Assembly: GCA_951406725.2 (NCBI GenBank)
Contig: OX597818.1
Coordinates: forward strand, 4,650,001 to 4,714,000
Direction of reading: 5' to 3'
DNA length: 64,000 bases
From: Octopus vulgaris
Taxonomy: Eukaryota
A program made the position numbers and the translations under genes. Below the pieces are notes generated by a model. It was not told the origin of the DNA. It worked only from the letters and a program-made list of their open reading frames with translations, and did no database searches. Shown piece after piece: positions 12,975 to 24,537 of the stretch. Each line of letters opens with the position of its first letter. Position 1 is the stretch's first letter.

Positions 12975-13062
12975 ATCCTACTGAAGAAGCAGCGCCAGAT
13001 ATATATTGGAATTATTTTATTTCAATTTATATAAGATGCAGAAACTATGCATAGTCTAGGAT
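12975..13062 (+). ncRNA. Type I hammerhead ribozyme with extended stem II
   Basis: ATCCTA-CTGAAGA-(long stem II)-GAAA-CTATGCATAGTC-TAGGAT: stem I ATCCTA/TAGGAT, palindromic stem III ACTATGCATAGT (13044-13055), GUC at 13054-13056. Confidence 0.72.
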
Positions 13063-13301
13063 AATAGGGTAAATGTTTTTATTTTTCATTCCCTTTCAGA
13101 ATTACAACTATTAGTGGCTTGGAGTTTTAACTGCTCTTTCTAGTGAGTCAGATATCCTATTATCAGTTATCTCTTATGTGTTTGAATGTACACTGTATTC
13201 TTCTCTGAATAATGTATAGTCTATTGACTAAATCTTTTCCTTCTCGCTAGACCACTGGTAGCTAAGAATTTTTTCGATAAATATTTTTGCTACCCTAAGA
13301 T

Positions 13302-13353
<52 letters not shown>

Positions 13354-13516
13354 ATATCTTATTGTTGCTTGTTTGTGAAATTAGTAACACTAAACATGCA
13401 CTCATGCACTGAATGAACAACTTGATACAAATTGTTGAGTGAAAATAATATTTATTATTAACAATGACTGTTTATTTCAAGTTTTTTCCAATACTTGCTA
13501 CTCAAAACAGTGCTTA

Positions 13517-13680
13517 CTAAGATGAAACCAAGATTGCAGAGCTTATGAAGCTTTCTTTTGTTGTAGTCTCAGATCTTCTTCCAAATGATTGATGTAGAAT
13601 GCAATTCCTGCACAATTCACACCAACTCATTGCCCTAGACTGGATGCATTTTAAATTAAAAAAAACATCAGATTCATGAA
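13517..13680 (-). CDS. Candidate next exon of the BEN-domain gene
   Basis: Acceptor ttggtttttgtttccag and open in the required phase 1 (IHESDVFFNLKCIQSRAMSWCELCRNCILHQSFGRR...). It ends at TAG 13517-13519, which overlaps a possible donor TA|GTAAGC. Resemblance to BEN C-terminal helices is weak. Confidence 0.3.
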
Positions 13681-15299
13681 CTGGAAACAAAAACCAATGT
13701 AAAATTGAATTCTTAATGATGTACCAAATTTCTTGGAAAATTTATTTAGATAATGCCAATGAGAAAGACAACAATAATAACCAAGTGTTAGTGATGATGG
13801 CAATAATTATGAAAATTACATTTTAATAACACGTTTCAGCTTAGAAATGCTTGTAAGCTATACAGGTCAAACATTTTGTATATAATAACAGCTAACTGGA
13901 AAGTTTCTAAAATGATTCCATGCTTGATAATTATATTTTTGCTCCCATTTAAAATATCCATTAAGTTCCAGTGTTTATGATTTTCGATGATCACGTTTGG
14001 CATTGCTGATTTTTATTGTGAAAGCTTTATGAAATATGGCCTTGGATACTTTTGTCAGTTGGTACTCATTACACAGGGATAAATAAAATGCTGCAAATTA
14101 ATGAAAGGATAATAAGAAAAGAACATTACACCATTAATTACAAAAAACTTGTTTTAAAAATTAAATAACAACATATAATCACTATAAGTTAAGAACAAAT
14201 GACCATAACTCTTATCATTACCATCACAACCACCATAACCTTGGCCATTATAACCCATTCCCCAGTATCTCTATTCCCTTTACAAAACAAAAGATGAACT
14301 TCTACATAGTTGCTTGACTTGCTAGAAAGAACATCCAAATCTCCCTCAAATTACACTCCCATGACATCTTAAAAAATGAAGGACATATTGGATAATGTAG
14401 TTTTTAGATATACAAAAACGATTTCTGACCAAGGATGACTAGGGCCTAAGCAACAACACTTCCCATTATAACCACTTCCATCACCACAGCTTCAATCTTT
14501 ATCTCTAACAAATCTCACCATTATCAGAAAAAGCAGTGAAATTTGCATCAAATCATAGTTTACCAGTTTGGATACACTATATATACAAAAGAGAAAAAAT
14601 AGATGGTCATAGCTGGAAAGCTTATAGATCTACTAGATTAAGACTGACCTGGGCAAAATTGACAACACCTCCATCTCACTATCACCATTATTTCTACTGT
14701 TCCTACATTACTTTCACTACTAGCATCACCATTATCACCATCACTATCATGACCATTATAACCATCACTATGACCACAAAGAAACCTCTACATTTTTTTC
14801 ACAATTTGCTAGAGATAACAGCCAAAGCGAAAGAGATAGACACTACTTAAAAAAAAAAATGGATTGGATAGTGATACTTAGGATGGTTTTTATTATAGGT
14901 TTATTCGATGAGAATAGGGCTGGTCTGGGGTAATCAAAAACAACATCACAACATCACTATCATTCTGTCCAACCACTAGTATCATCATCACTACAAGAAA
15001 CTTCAACATCATTATCACTAGCACCTAGTACCAACCACCTTTTACTATACAACTGATGAATCAGCAATGTCTACCTAGAAATAATAGCCAGATTTACTTT
15101 ACATAACCCTATACAACCATAAGTAAGTCATCTAAGACTATTCTGGATATTGTGGTATTAGATTCATGACAAAATATTGTGGTGGTCTGAATTAAAACAT
15201 ATTTAAGAAGAAAGGAAAAGATTTTGGTCAGCTAAATTAGTACCAAGTTTAATCTAAAAAATCAATGACAGTATTGAAAAAATACCAAACATTACTTAC

Positions 15300-15582
15300 T
15301 TTCAATAGCATCAATTTTTCTTCGATCAAGAGGACATCCACTTTCTGCCTTTGTGCGTCTTAGACCAAGACCAGAAGAATGTTTTAGTTCCCATTTGGAA
15401 AAGACCAAATTAATTGCTCCTTGCAAAATTGAAAGACTGAAATAGTGCATGCTAACAGGTGAAATTGGCCTCTTGGCATTGACTATTCGGTCCATGAGAA
15501 CTTGTAATTGTAGATTATCAACAACAATGTCTGGGTAGGTATCAGATCCACTAGTTTCAACAACACTGAGTAATGGAACCAT
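15300..15582 (-). CDS. Coding exon of BEN-domain protein (N-terminal part of the BEN domain)
   Basis: Acceptor ttttgccccctcctctacag, donor A|GTAAGT, phase 0 in and phase 1 out. Peptide LQGAINLVFSKWELKHSSGLGLRRTKAESGCPLDRRKIDAIE fits the BEN pattern (FS.EEL..SS..G...LD..K..AI). Confidence 0.8.
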
Positions 15583-15659
15583 CTGTAGAGGAGGGGGCAA
15601 AATAGGAAAGAAAGAAAATAATATTATTTATAAGGTGCTTTACAAAGATTCCAGATTTA

Positions 15660-17500
15660 ACAACTTGAGTAAGTGATTGCTGTTGTAGTCCTTGTAGTAC
15701 AGAGGTTTATTTTTTGGTAAGTACTTCTGCAGCTGCCTTACCAGCATCAGTGGTGCTTCTCCCTGGCACAAAACCAAACTACATTTAATCTAGACCAACT
15801 CTCTTTCTAATTAGTTGGGCTATGATCCTCTCTGTAACTTTCATCACCTGATTCAAGAATTTGATAACTCAGTAATTATTTCTGTCTAAGGCATCACCTA
15901 TATCTTTGTAGTAGTTGACTATAGTGCTGTTACACTAGTCATTGGGTATAACTCCCTTGTGTACAACCTGATTAACTATATGGGTGACTATACCATAACC
16001 CACAACATCAGATATTTTAAGCATTTCAGTGGTGATTCCTGATGGGCCAGGAGCTTTTCTGGCCTTCATATCCTTTATGGATTTATCTACCATGCTACTG
16101 TCTCTTTGGATTGCCAGTCGCTTTGTTAGATCCACCTTAGGTAGACTTTCCTTCTCCCATGAGTTCTCTACATTTAGCAACCTTCTATAGTGGCACATCA
16201 AAGCTCCCTCTTTCTTTGCAGAATCATTAACTGCAAGTGAGCCATCATCTATGCAAACACACTTCTTTCCAACAACATTACAATTTTTCCAGGTGTACTG
16301 TCTTGCAAACTGAAACACTTCAAGCCACTGGTCCTCACACTGCAGAACATTGGCAAACTTCTTCCTTTGCGCTTCAACTCTTGCTAGATATACCTGCCTC
16401 TTAGCTTCCCTTCTAGCTACCTGATAGAGCTCCTTGCTACCACCACCCTTCCAGTCCTTCCAAGTCTGTTTCTTTGCTCTAGTAGCCCTGTCAACTACAC
16501 TGTTCCACCACCATGTCATCCTAGGTCAGGTTGAGACTTTGCACCAACCACAAATTTGGTCTGTAGCTCTCAGTAAGTTGTCTTGTAAGAACTTCCGGTT
16601 ATATTCTATATTACAAGTCTGTAACTCCTCCATCTCCCCCTCCTTTAATGCTTCAGTTAGGATGTCTCTAAATCTCTGACTATTCAAATGATCCATAAAC
16701 TTCCAGATCATTCTTTTCCAAACCGGCTTGCTTCTTGGAGGGGCATATTCTTCACCAGGGAAGGAATTTGCATTTGTGACTAGCCACGAATCCTGCTTTC
16801 TGGTGAGAATGTAGTCAATCTGGCTAGTATGGTCACCAGAATTATAGGTTACCAGGTGACTGGCTGGTTTTCTGAACCAATTCCATAGCTCCCATGCATC
16901 CCTTGGAAGACACCCAGGTGCTACCCAACATGTCCATTGAAATCACCATCTATGAAGATAAGGTCATTGTCATTTGTCTTTGAAGTAGCCTTCAAAAGAG
17001 TGTCATAAAAGCTGACCCAGCTGGAGGGCATAGGCAAAGATGATTGTTGCCATGCTACTCTGCAAAACTAGTCTAAGCTTAAGTATTCTATCACATACTC
17101 TGACAACCTCAATCATCTTATTTACCAATTTCTCTACTAGAAGTATACCCATACCTCCTACCCCATCATTTTTGCCTTCCTTGAAAAATTTATACCTATG
17201 CATTTTGCCTGTGAGGAATGTGGCTGAAAATCCCTTCCACCTTACTTCTTGGATGCAACACACATCAACATGTCTCTGTTCAAGCACCTCAAGAATCTCA
17301 ACAGACCTACCATTCAATGTACCTACATTGACAGAGCCAACTCTGAGGAAATGTAAGGGGAGGTAGGTGGTAATATGGGGAGGGGGAACTGCAGCTTTGG
17401 CATCTGAAAAGAAGGTTGTAATGAGCATTTGTGATTGCATTTAATCCATCATCATTCATGTAACACTTGCTAATTCCACTGGAAATGGATGCTATACCAA
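15660..17500 (-). mobile_element. Degenerate RTE LINE fragment (endonuclease to start of RT)
   Basis: ORFs 17003-17440 (LRVGSVNVGTL, CCIQEVRWKG) and 15935-16519 (KAPGPSGIT, GVIPND). Confidence 0.88.
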
Positions 17501-18262
17501 TATTAGTAAAAACAGTGTTAGTACAAATACAAGTAAGTAAATATATAGGTTAATTGGTTAATTATTGTCACCTCCATTGGAGTGTGTGTGTGGGGGGCAT
17601 ATATGAGCATTAAAACATAACAATGTTAATAGAGATACAGGTAAATAAATTACATAGACAGGATAAGTGTAGATAATTATATAAAAACAATTCACTGGTT
17701 AATTAATGACACAATAAAACTAAGTACTGCATAGTCATGTTTAGTTTTGTTTTCTTTGGTGCAGAGTAGTAACATGCTACAGCATTTGTATTGCAGTAAT
17801 GTGGATGCCACAACTGAGGAGGGGAGGTGCCATTAGAGATTCCCTGAACAAAAGAGAGTCTTCTGGTGTAGGTGGTGGGGGAAGGAATGGGTGGGTCCAT
17901 AAGGAAAAATTGGGGAAGGAAAGCCATGCTGGTGGTTTTCAAAACAAAGAACACAATGACTCAGGCTATAAGCAAATTTTAATGAGTCAAAGTAGATAGG
18001 ATAAAATGGGATAGGCAGATATTCATTGGAATGACATTGGAGTCATAATAGTAATGAAGATAGGTAGGTGACTTAGTTGAGTTTTTACACAGTGAAAAAG
18101 GGAAGAAAGAAGGAGCAGGCAATAAATTACAATTAAATTGAGTTATAGTGAAAGATAAAATTAAATTAAGATGGGTTAGAATCTTATGAGGAAATGAAAA
18201 AAGTCAACTTACCTGCACATAGCCGAGTGGATGTGAGTGATAGATAAGGCAAATCCTAATAC

Positions 18263-18300
<38 letters not shown>

Positions 18301-18302
<2 letters not shown>

Positions 18303-18446
18303 TGCAAGTGTGGGTGTGTGGTAAGAAGCTTGCTTCCCAACCACATGGTTCTGGGTTCAGTCCCACTGGATGTCTTCTACTATAGCCTTGGGCTGACCAA
18401 AGCCTTGTGAGTGGATTTGGTAGACAGAAACAGAAAGAAGCCCATC

Positions 18447-18491
<45 letters not shown>

Positions 18492-18835
18492 CATGCATGT
18501 GTGTATGTGTGTGCATGTGTGTGTGTGTTATGGTATATTCCGTTAGGAATGTGGCACAGTATAAAGCTCATTCACTCTCAGAATTACCTAATACTATCCG
18601 GTAGCATTATTATATACTTCCAGGTTTATGTTTGGGTTTTCATCATGAAGAAATTGAAGAAATTGGAAATATGTCCTTCCACCACCACTTGATGACCAAT
18701 GTTGGTGTGTTTACATCCCCGTAACTTAGCGGTTTGGCAAAAGAGACCAATAAAATAAGTACTAGGCATACAAAGAATAAGTCCTGAGGTCGATTTGTTT
18801 GACTAAAGGCACTGAAACAAGTAAAAGTATAAAAG
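18301..18835 (+). mobile_element. SINE family A copy split by microsatellite and other sequence
   Basis: Head at 18301-18445 and tail at ~18680-18835 match 29961-30368. Confidence 0.7.
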
Positions 18836-19056
18836 AACATATATATTCAAATATGAATTAGAAGCAGCACAAGTGTTGTAAACAATAGCAAACACACCAC
18901 CCGGTGCTTTGAGATGGCCATCTCCACCAAAACGGCAGACTGGCAATACACACAGCCTTTGTATATGTGTTTAATATATATATCACACACACATACACAC
19001 ATGCACACACACACACAGAAATACACACACACACATACACACAAACACACACACAC

Positions 19057-19862
19057 ATAATAAGAATAGGCTGGACAAAGTTCAGAGAGCTACTACCTCT
19101 GTTGGTAATAAAAGGCTTCTCTCTCAGAGTGAAAGGCAGATTGCACAATGCCTGTGTATGAACAGCTATGCTACATGGCAGAGAGACATGGGCTATGACT
19201 ACTGAGGATGTGAAAAGATTTGAAAGAAATGAAACCAGTATGCTTTGCTGGACGGGTAATATCAGTGTACATATTTGACAGAGTGTGAGTGATTTGAGAG
19301 AAAAACTGGATACACGTAGAAACAGATGTAGTGTGCAAGAGAGGAAACTGCACTGGTATGGCCATGTAATGTGTATGGATGAAGTGGGTTGCATCAAGAG
19401 ACACCGATCTCTAATTGTAGAGAGAACATGTAGAAGGGGTAAACTCAGGAAGATGTGGGAGGAAGTGGTGAGAAAGAATCTACAGACATTGGGACTCACA
19501 GAGGGGATGACAGGGGACCAAGACTTCTGGAGGCTTGCTGTGCTTGAAAAGACATGTCAAGTTAAGTAAAAGTGTGGTTGTCCTTGCATACAGGCTCATC
19601 CCTAGCAACTCTCTCCAGCTGAGCATCCCTAATCTTGTGGACTCAAAGATGCTGGTGCCATGTAGAAAGCATCTGTGCTGGTGTTGTGTAAAAGCATCCA
19701 ATACACTCTGTAAAGTGGTTGGTATTAGGAAGGGCATCCAGCTGCAGAAACCATGCCAAGCCAGATGGGGAGCCTGGATATCCCTTTAGCTTGTCAGCTC
19801 CTGTCAAACCATCCAACCCATCCAGTATCGAAAACAGACATAAAATGATGATGATGATGAGA
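19057..19862 (+). mobile_element. RTE LINE 3' fragment
   Basis: IRIGWTKFRELLPLL, KLHWYGHVM, followed by 3' UTR and (GAT)n tail. Confidence 0.88.
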
Positions 19863-20669
19863 TAATACCGCATATATAATGAATATATTTAATTACTTAA
19901 ATATATTCCTAAGAATCTTTAAAACAACTAATTTCAGCTTGTATTAACCATTCTGATTTCATTGATCATGCAACCATTGTATTAACCATTCCAATTGATG
20001 AAGACCCTCAATATGAACTTTTATTCTTTTACTGGTTTTTGTTCTTTTATACTTTTACTTGCTTCAGTTAGGGCACTGCCATTAAGAATTTTTGACAATT
20101 ATATTTGATCTCAGTACTTTATTTGATACATCTTTTACCTTGCTATTTTTGTCGAATGCATCCTACACTGATATACAAATATGCTGTCTCCTTAATGTGT
20201 TTTTTTTTCTACTACTGTTACGGTGATCTCTGCTCTTCAAGCTGGTTGACCTCATGCCACCTCCACTCATTTGTGTATCTTCTTTTGTCACTCATACTTT
20301 GTTAACTCTTTCAGACATTGTGCTAATGAATACATCTAGTTATCTTAGAACATCATTCCTCCAGAATTCCCTTTGGCCAACATAAGGCTCTGGTTGTTGA
20401 TACTGTCAATTTGCTCTATAGAGCCATGCCTGTGCAGTAAATCAGCCAAGTTTATTCTTAATAATAATTAGATTATTCCTATTATTTCTTGGACACTATG
20501 AAAAAAAAAAACTTTGGGCTGAATATATATGTATATTCAATCTCATTTTGTTCTGTAGCAACCATTCCAATCCAAGGGGGCTTTCATTATTAGTTTTATA
20601 TAAACTAATAATGAAATATTATTTGGGAGCATAGTGATAAAAAGGAAACCATTTAAGAATCAAACTTAC

Positions 20670-21328
20670 CTGATGTTTGATGGAATCTTCTGGAAAGACT
20701 CCATCAGAGATATGTTCTTGACTACTAAGTTGGAAATTGGTTTCTTGCTTAAACTGACCATTACTGTTAAGAGTATCAGATGAGAAGGAGGATTCGACAA
20801 TGAGATCACTATTGTATCTATCATCATCATCATCATCATCATCATCAACATTATTATTGGTATCACCATCCACATTATCATCGTCAAGATTGATATTATT
20901 CATTTCAGACATATGATGTGAGAGTTGTAGTTGTTGTTGTTCACAATGTTGTTGATGTTGCCTTTGTTGTTGTTCAAGCAGTTTTCTTTGTTGCAGTATT
21001 TGTTGTTGATGAAATGTGTCTCTTTTCTGGTGATGCTGCAGCATCGAATGACATCCTGAGTGCATCTGGATTTCTTCAGGAGTTGTTGGCAGCAGGGGTG
21101 CAAGAGATGGTTGTGATGGTGATTGTGGTAGTGGTGGTGTTGGTGGAGACATTTTGAATGTGTTGCTGCTATGGCTAATGTCTTCATTATTAGATATTGT
21201 ATTGTATGGACTGAAAGTCATAGCATCAAAGAGTGGGATGATTCCATTTTCAACTTGGTCAGCTAATCGTCGCAGAAACTGCACAAATGCACCACGCATC
21301 ACTGCTTCATTATAGACAATATCTTCAG
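20670..21328 (-). CDS. Large coding exon of BEN-domain protein (amphipathic helix, then P-, Q/H- and D-rich low complexity)
   Basis: 659-bp open exon, acceptor atttcag|CT, donor CAG|GTAAGT. Phase 1 in matches exon 35195 and phase 0 out matches exon 15582. Confidence 0.82.
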
Positions 21329-21377
21329 CTGAAATATAATTGTACATTTAGAGTTTAACTAAATTCTTTATACATTA

Positions 21378-21780
21378 GGTGCAGGCATGGCTATGTAGTT
21401 TAGAAGCTTTGTTTCACAGTCATGTGATTTCAGGATCAGTTTCACTGCACAGCACCTTGGGTAAGTGTTTTAAGTATCTACCACAATAACCCTAGGCTGA
21501 CCAAAGCCATGTGAATGAATTTGATAGACTGAAACTATGTGGAAGCCAGTTGTGTGTATGTTTGTGTGTGTGTGTGAGTGTGGGAATATGCATATCTGTG
21601 TGTTTAACCCTACATTGCTTGTCAATTAGTGTTGATTTGTTTACACCTCCCATAATTTCATAGCTCAGAAAAAGGGACTTCAAAAAAAGAGACCAATAAA
21701 ATAAGAATTGGGCTTTAAAAAAAAAAGAACTGGGATTGAATTGTTCAACTTAATTCCTTAAGAGAGTGCCTCAACAAGGC
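21378..21780 (+). mobile_element. Diverged SINE family A copy
   Basis: Head 'ggtgcaggcatggctatgtagtttagaagc' and 'ctgaccaaagcc' body. Confidence 0.65.
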
Positions 21781-21805
21781 GTATGTATGTATGTATGTAT
21801 GTATG

Positions 21806-21844
<39 letters not shown>

Positions 21845-21883
21845 ATGTATGTATGTATGTATGTATGTATGTATGCATGCGTG

Positions 21884-23136
21884 TAAAGGGTATTCTGTAA
21901 TGAATTCCCATTTATTTAGATAAGTTTATTGTATTAAATTTAGTTTGAAATTGCACAAAATTAATAAAATGCACTCCTTGACATCCAGTTGTTTATGTAC
22001 ACTCCATTGTTTGTTAGTATTTTGTGCGTAAAATGTTTCAATATGGCAGCTAACAGGTGAAGTGAGATTGTAGATCTGAAAAAAGCAAGACATAACTTCA
22101 AGTGTTGTGTTGACCCTGAAACAGTCTATAATGATATGAAACACTACATCGAGACAGGTTCACTTGACAGCAAGTCCATTCCTGATTGAAAATGATTCAT
22201 AAAGATGAAACAATTGGTTGATGTTGTCTGAAAGAGAGTGTTACAAAATCTATGGTGGAGCATGAGGCAAATGGTTAAAAGTTCCGATATCTCCCAGACA
22301 ACCATGCAACTGGTCATGCATGAAGACTTAAATTGTAAGTCATTAAAATTGCAACATTGACACCTAATTTCAGCTCCTTCCAAAGCAAAGCAACTTGATA
22401 GGGGCAAGAAAATGGTGGAGGAAATTCAGAGCATGGATGACAATGTTTTCATCCGGTTGGACAAAAAGTTATTCACTGTGGAGGCTGTAGTAAACACCCA
22501 TATTGACAAGATTTTGGCCATGTAATTGGATGCTACTCCCAAAGGTACCTGTAAAGTGTTTCACCAAATGAAACCAGAGTAATGGTTTGAGCAGTAGTGT
22601 GAAAAATCTCCTCTGGTGTTCTTTAAAGTGGGAACAAAGGTCAGTTCAACAATTTACATGAAAATGTTAGAGGATAATTTTGCCATGGTTGACTGAAGCA
22701 TTTGGAGATAATTAGATTCATGCAAGATGGTGCTCCTGTTCATACATCTGATGTGACACAGTAGTGGTGCAGGAGTCATTTCAGTGGGTTCTGGGACAAG
22801 AATATGTGCCCCCACCCTCTGGCCCGGATGTCAACCCTATGAACTTCACTACTGAGTTCATTCTAGAAAGCAACATTCCAATAGTTTCCTACAAAAATAT
22901 CACCACTTTGAAGAAAGCCTTAGTCACATCATGGGATTGTTTAAGTGAAGTCATCTGGCATTTGTCTGACTGTTCTCAGCAGTCTTCAGGTGATTGTGAA
23001 AACTAAAGACAAACATATTGAATGAAACATATCTTAATATGTTACATGACCATATTTAATTAAATCCTAAAGACCTTGTGTGTTTTTATGCCCTTTACTA
23101 AAAATCAATTGGGAATTTTTTATGATGCACCATGTA
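21884..23136 (+). mobile_element. Degenerate Tc1/mariner-superfamily (maT/DD37D-like) DNA transposon
   Basis: Broken frames give FMQDGAPVHTS, HFSGFWDK and PPSGPDVNPMNF. Degenerate TIRs share AATTCCCA. (TATG)n tracts flank both sides. Confidence 0.78.
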
Positions 23137-23399
23137 TGTATGTATGTATGTATGTATGTATGTATGTATGTATGTATGTGTGTGTGTGTTGTGTGTGTGT
23201 GTGCATGCATGTGTGTGTGTATGCATGCATGTATGTATGTATGTGTGTATGTATGTGTGTCTGCCTGTATGTATGTGTGTATGCATACATGCATGTATGC
23301 GTTAATTCATATATGTATGTACATACATATCTGAAATAAAATGACAGGATAGTTACAGCCAGCTGTACACCATCAGTCTGCACTCACACTAAAAACAAC

Positions 23400-24030
23400 T
23401 AAGTGACTAGTTTCTGGATTCAGTGGACCAGTTTCAATTTATGTTTGGAACAACTTAATTCCACTTATATAACTAAAATCTTTGAAGCATGCATATCATA
23501 ACTCCTGCTTCTTTCTTGCAGTATTCAGAAACTATTCCAAAACCTCCTCTCCATCACAGATACTGTAAGAGAATCATAGCTGTGGTCACAAGCAGACATG
23601 TTTTTTGACACCATAAAATGAAGGGTCTTATTCAAAACTTTTCATATGCCAGGTCAAAAGAAATCATTATCTTTATGGTCAATGACCTCACACATCTCTA
23701 ATGCAATTTTTCACAGAGTTCTAAGCTGTTTCAATTGCTATATAGCTTGTTTTTCACATTTTCTTTCTGTTCATTTGCCCATGACTTTTAAGTCATTTTC
23801 AGACAGGAAGTTCTTTGTTAAATGTTATTTATACTAGCAAGCATCGACACTGCTTTTTCACAATCCTATACATCATTGAAAAGTGAAACAATTATCATCT
23901 CTATCACATATTTTGATTTTTATTCATACAGATAACATGCTCCATTGACTGCATTGTCAATCACCTTTTGCAGTTTGCAGCAATCTGCAACATATTCTAA
24001 GGAAATATGCACATGATGTAAACTGGCTTA
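23400..24030 (-). mobile_element. Possible highly decayed hAT (Charlie-like) transposase 3' remnant
   Basis: Broken minus-strand frames loosely resemble the YL..GF...VPNI...SH C-terminus. No intact ORF. Confidence 0.25.
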
Positions 24031-24170
24031 AAAAATATTTTAATTTCCATGTCGATTAACACATTATTTTCTTTTCCGTTCCATTTGTTATAATTCAATA
24101 GTATTTATTAAATAATCTGTTATTTTTAGTTTTGCAATAGATGTTTCCTGTAAAATTATTATTATTATTG

Positions 24171-24392
24171 GCCAGCTGGCAGAATTATTAGAGCATCATC
24201 AGAAAAATGCTTTGTGATATTTGTTCCAGCTCTTTACATTCTGAGTTCAAATTCTGCTTGGGTCAATTTTACCTTTCATCCTTTCAGGGTCAATAGAATA
24301 AAATAACAATAAAAAAAAAATTAAGTCAACCGTACTGACTAACACCTTCCCCATAAAATTGCTGGCCATTTTTTTTTATCTAAGTCAGAAAC
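24171..24392 (+). mobile_element. SINE family C copy
   Basis: 'gctggcagaattattagagc...ctgagttcaaattctgc...cctttcatcctttcagggtc', bounded by (TTA)n. Confidence 0.7.
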
Positions 24393-24537
24393 TGTTATTA
24401 TTATGTTGCTGTTATTATTATGGCCACCATACTGAGAAGATATACAAAGCTGGAGATCCATGATGTATAAGTGTTTAATCAAGTGTTTCAGCTGGTTGCA
24501 GCCCATTCAGTCAAATATTTTAAAATAATTGTCTTGA

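Noticed and set aside
18213-18255. Possible 43-nt cassette or poison exon with a strong CAG|GTAAGT donor
   Set aside because: The acceptor is preceded by (TA)n rather than a pyrimidine tract, and inclusion breaks the frame between phase-compatible exons. It needs RNA evidence.
23067-23383. His/Thr- and Cys/Val-rich ORFs (also near 12284-12554, 18380-18692, 38424-38744, 42260-42501)
   Set aside because: Translations of CA/TA/TATG microsatellites.
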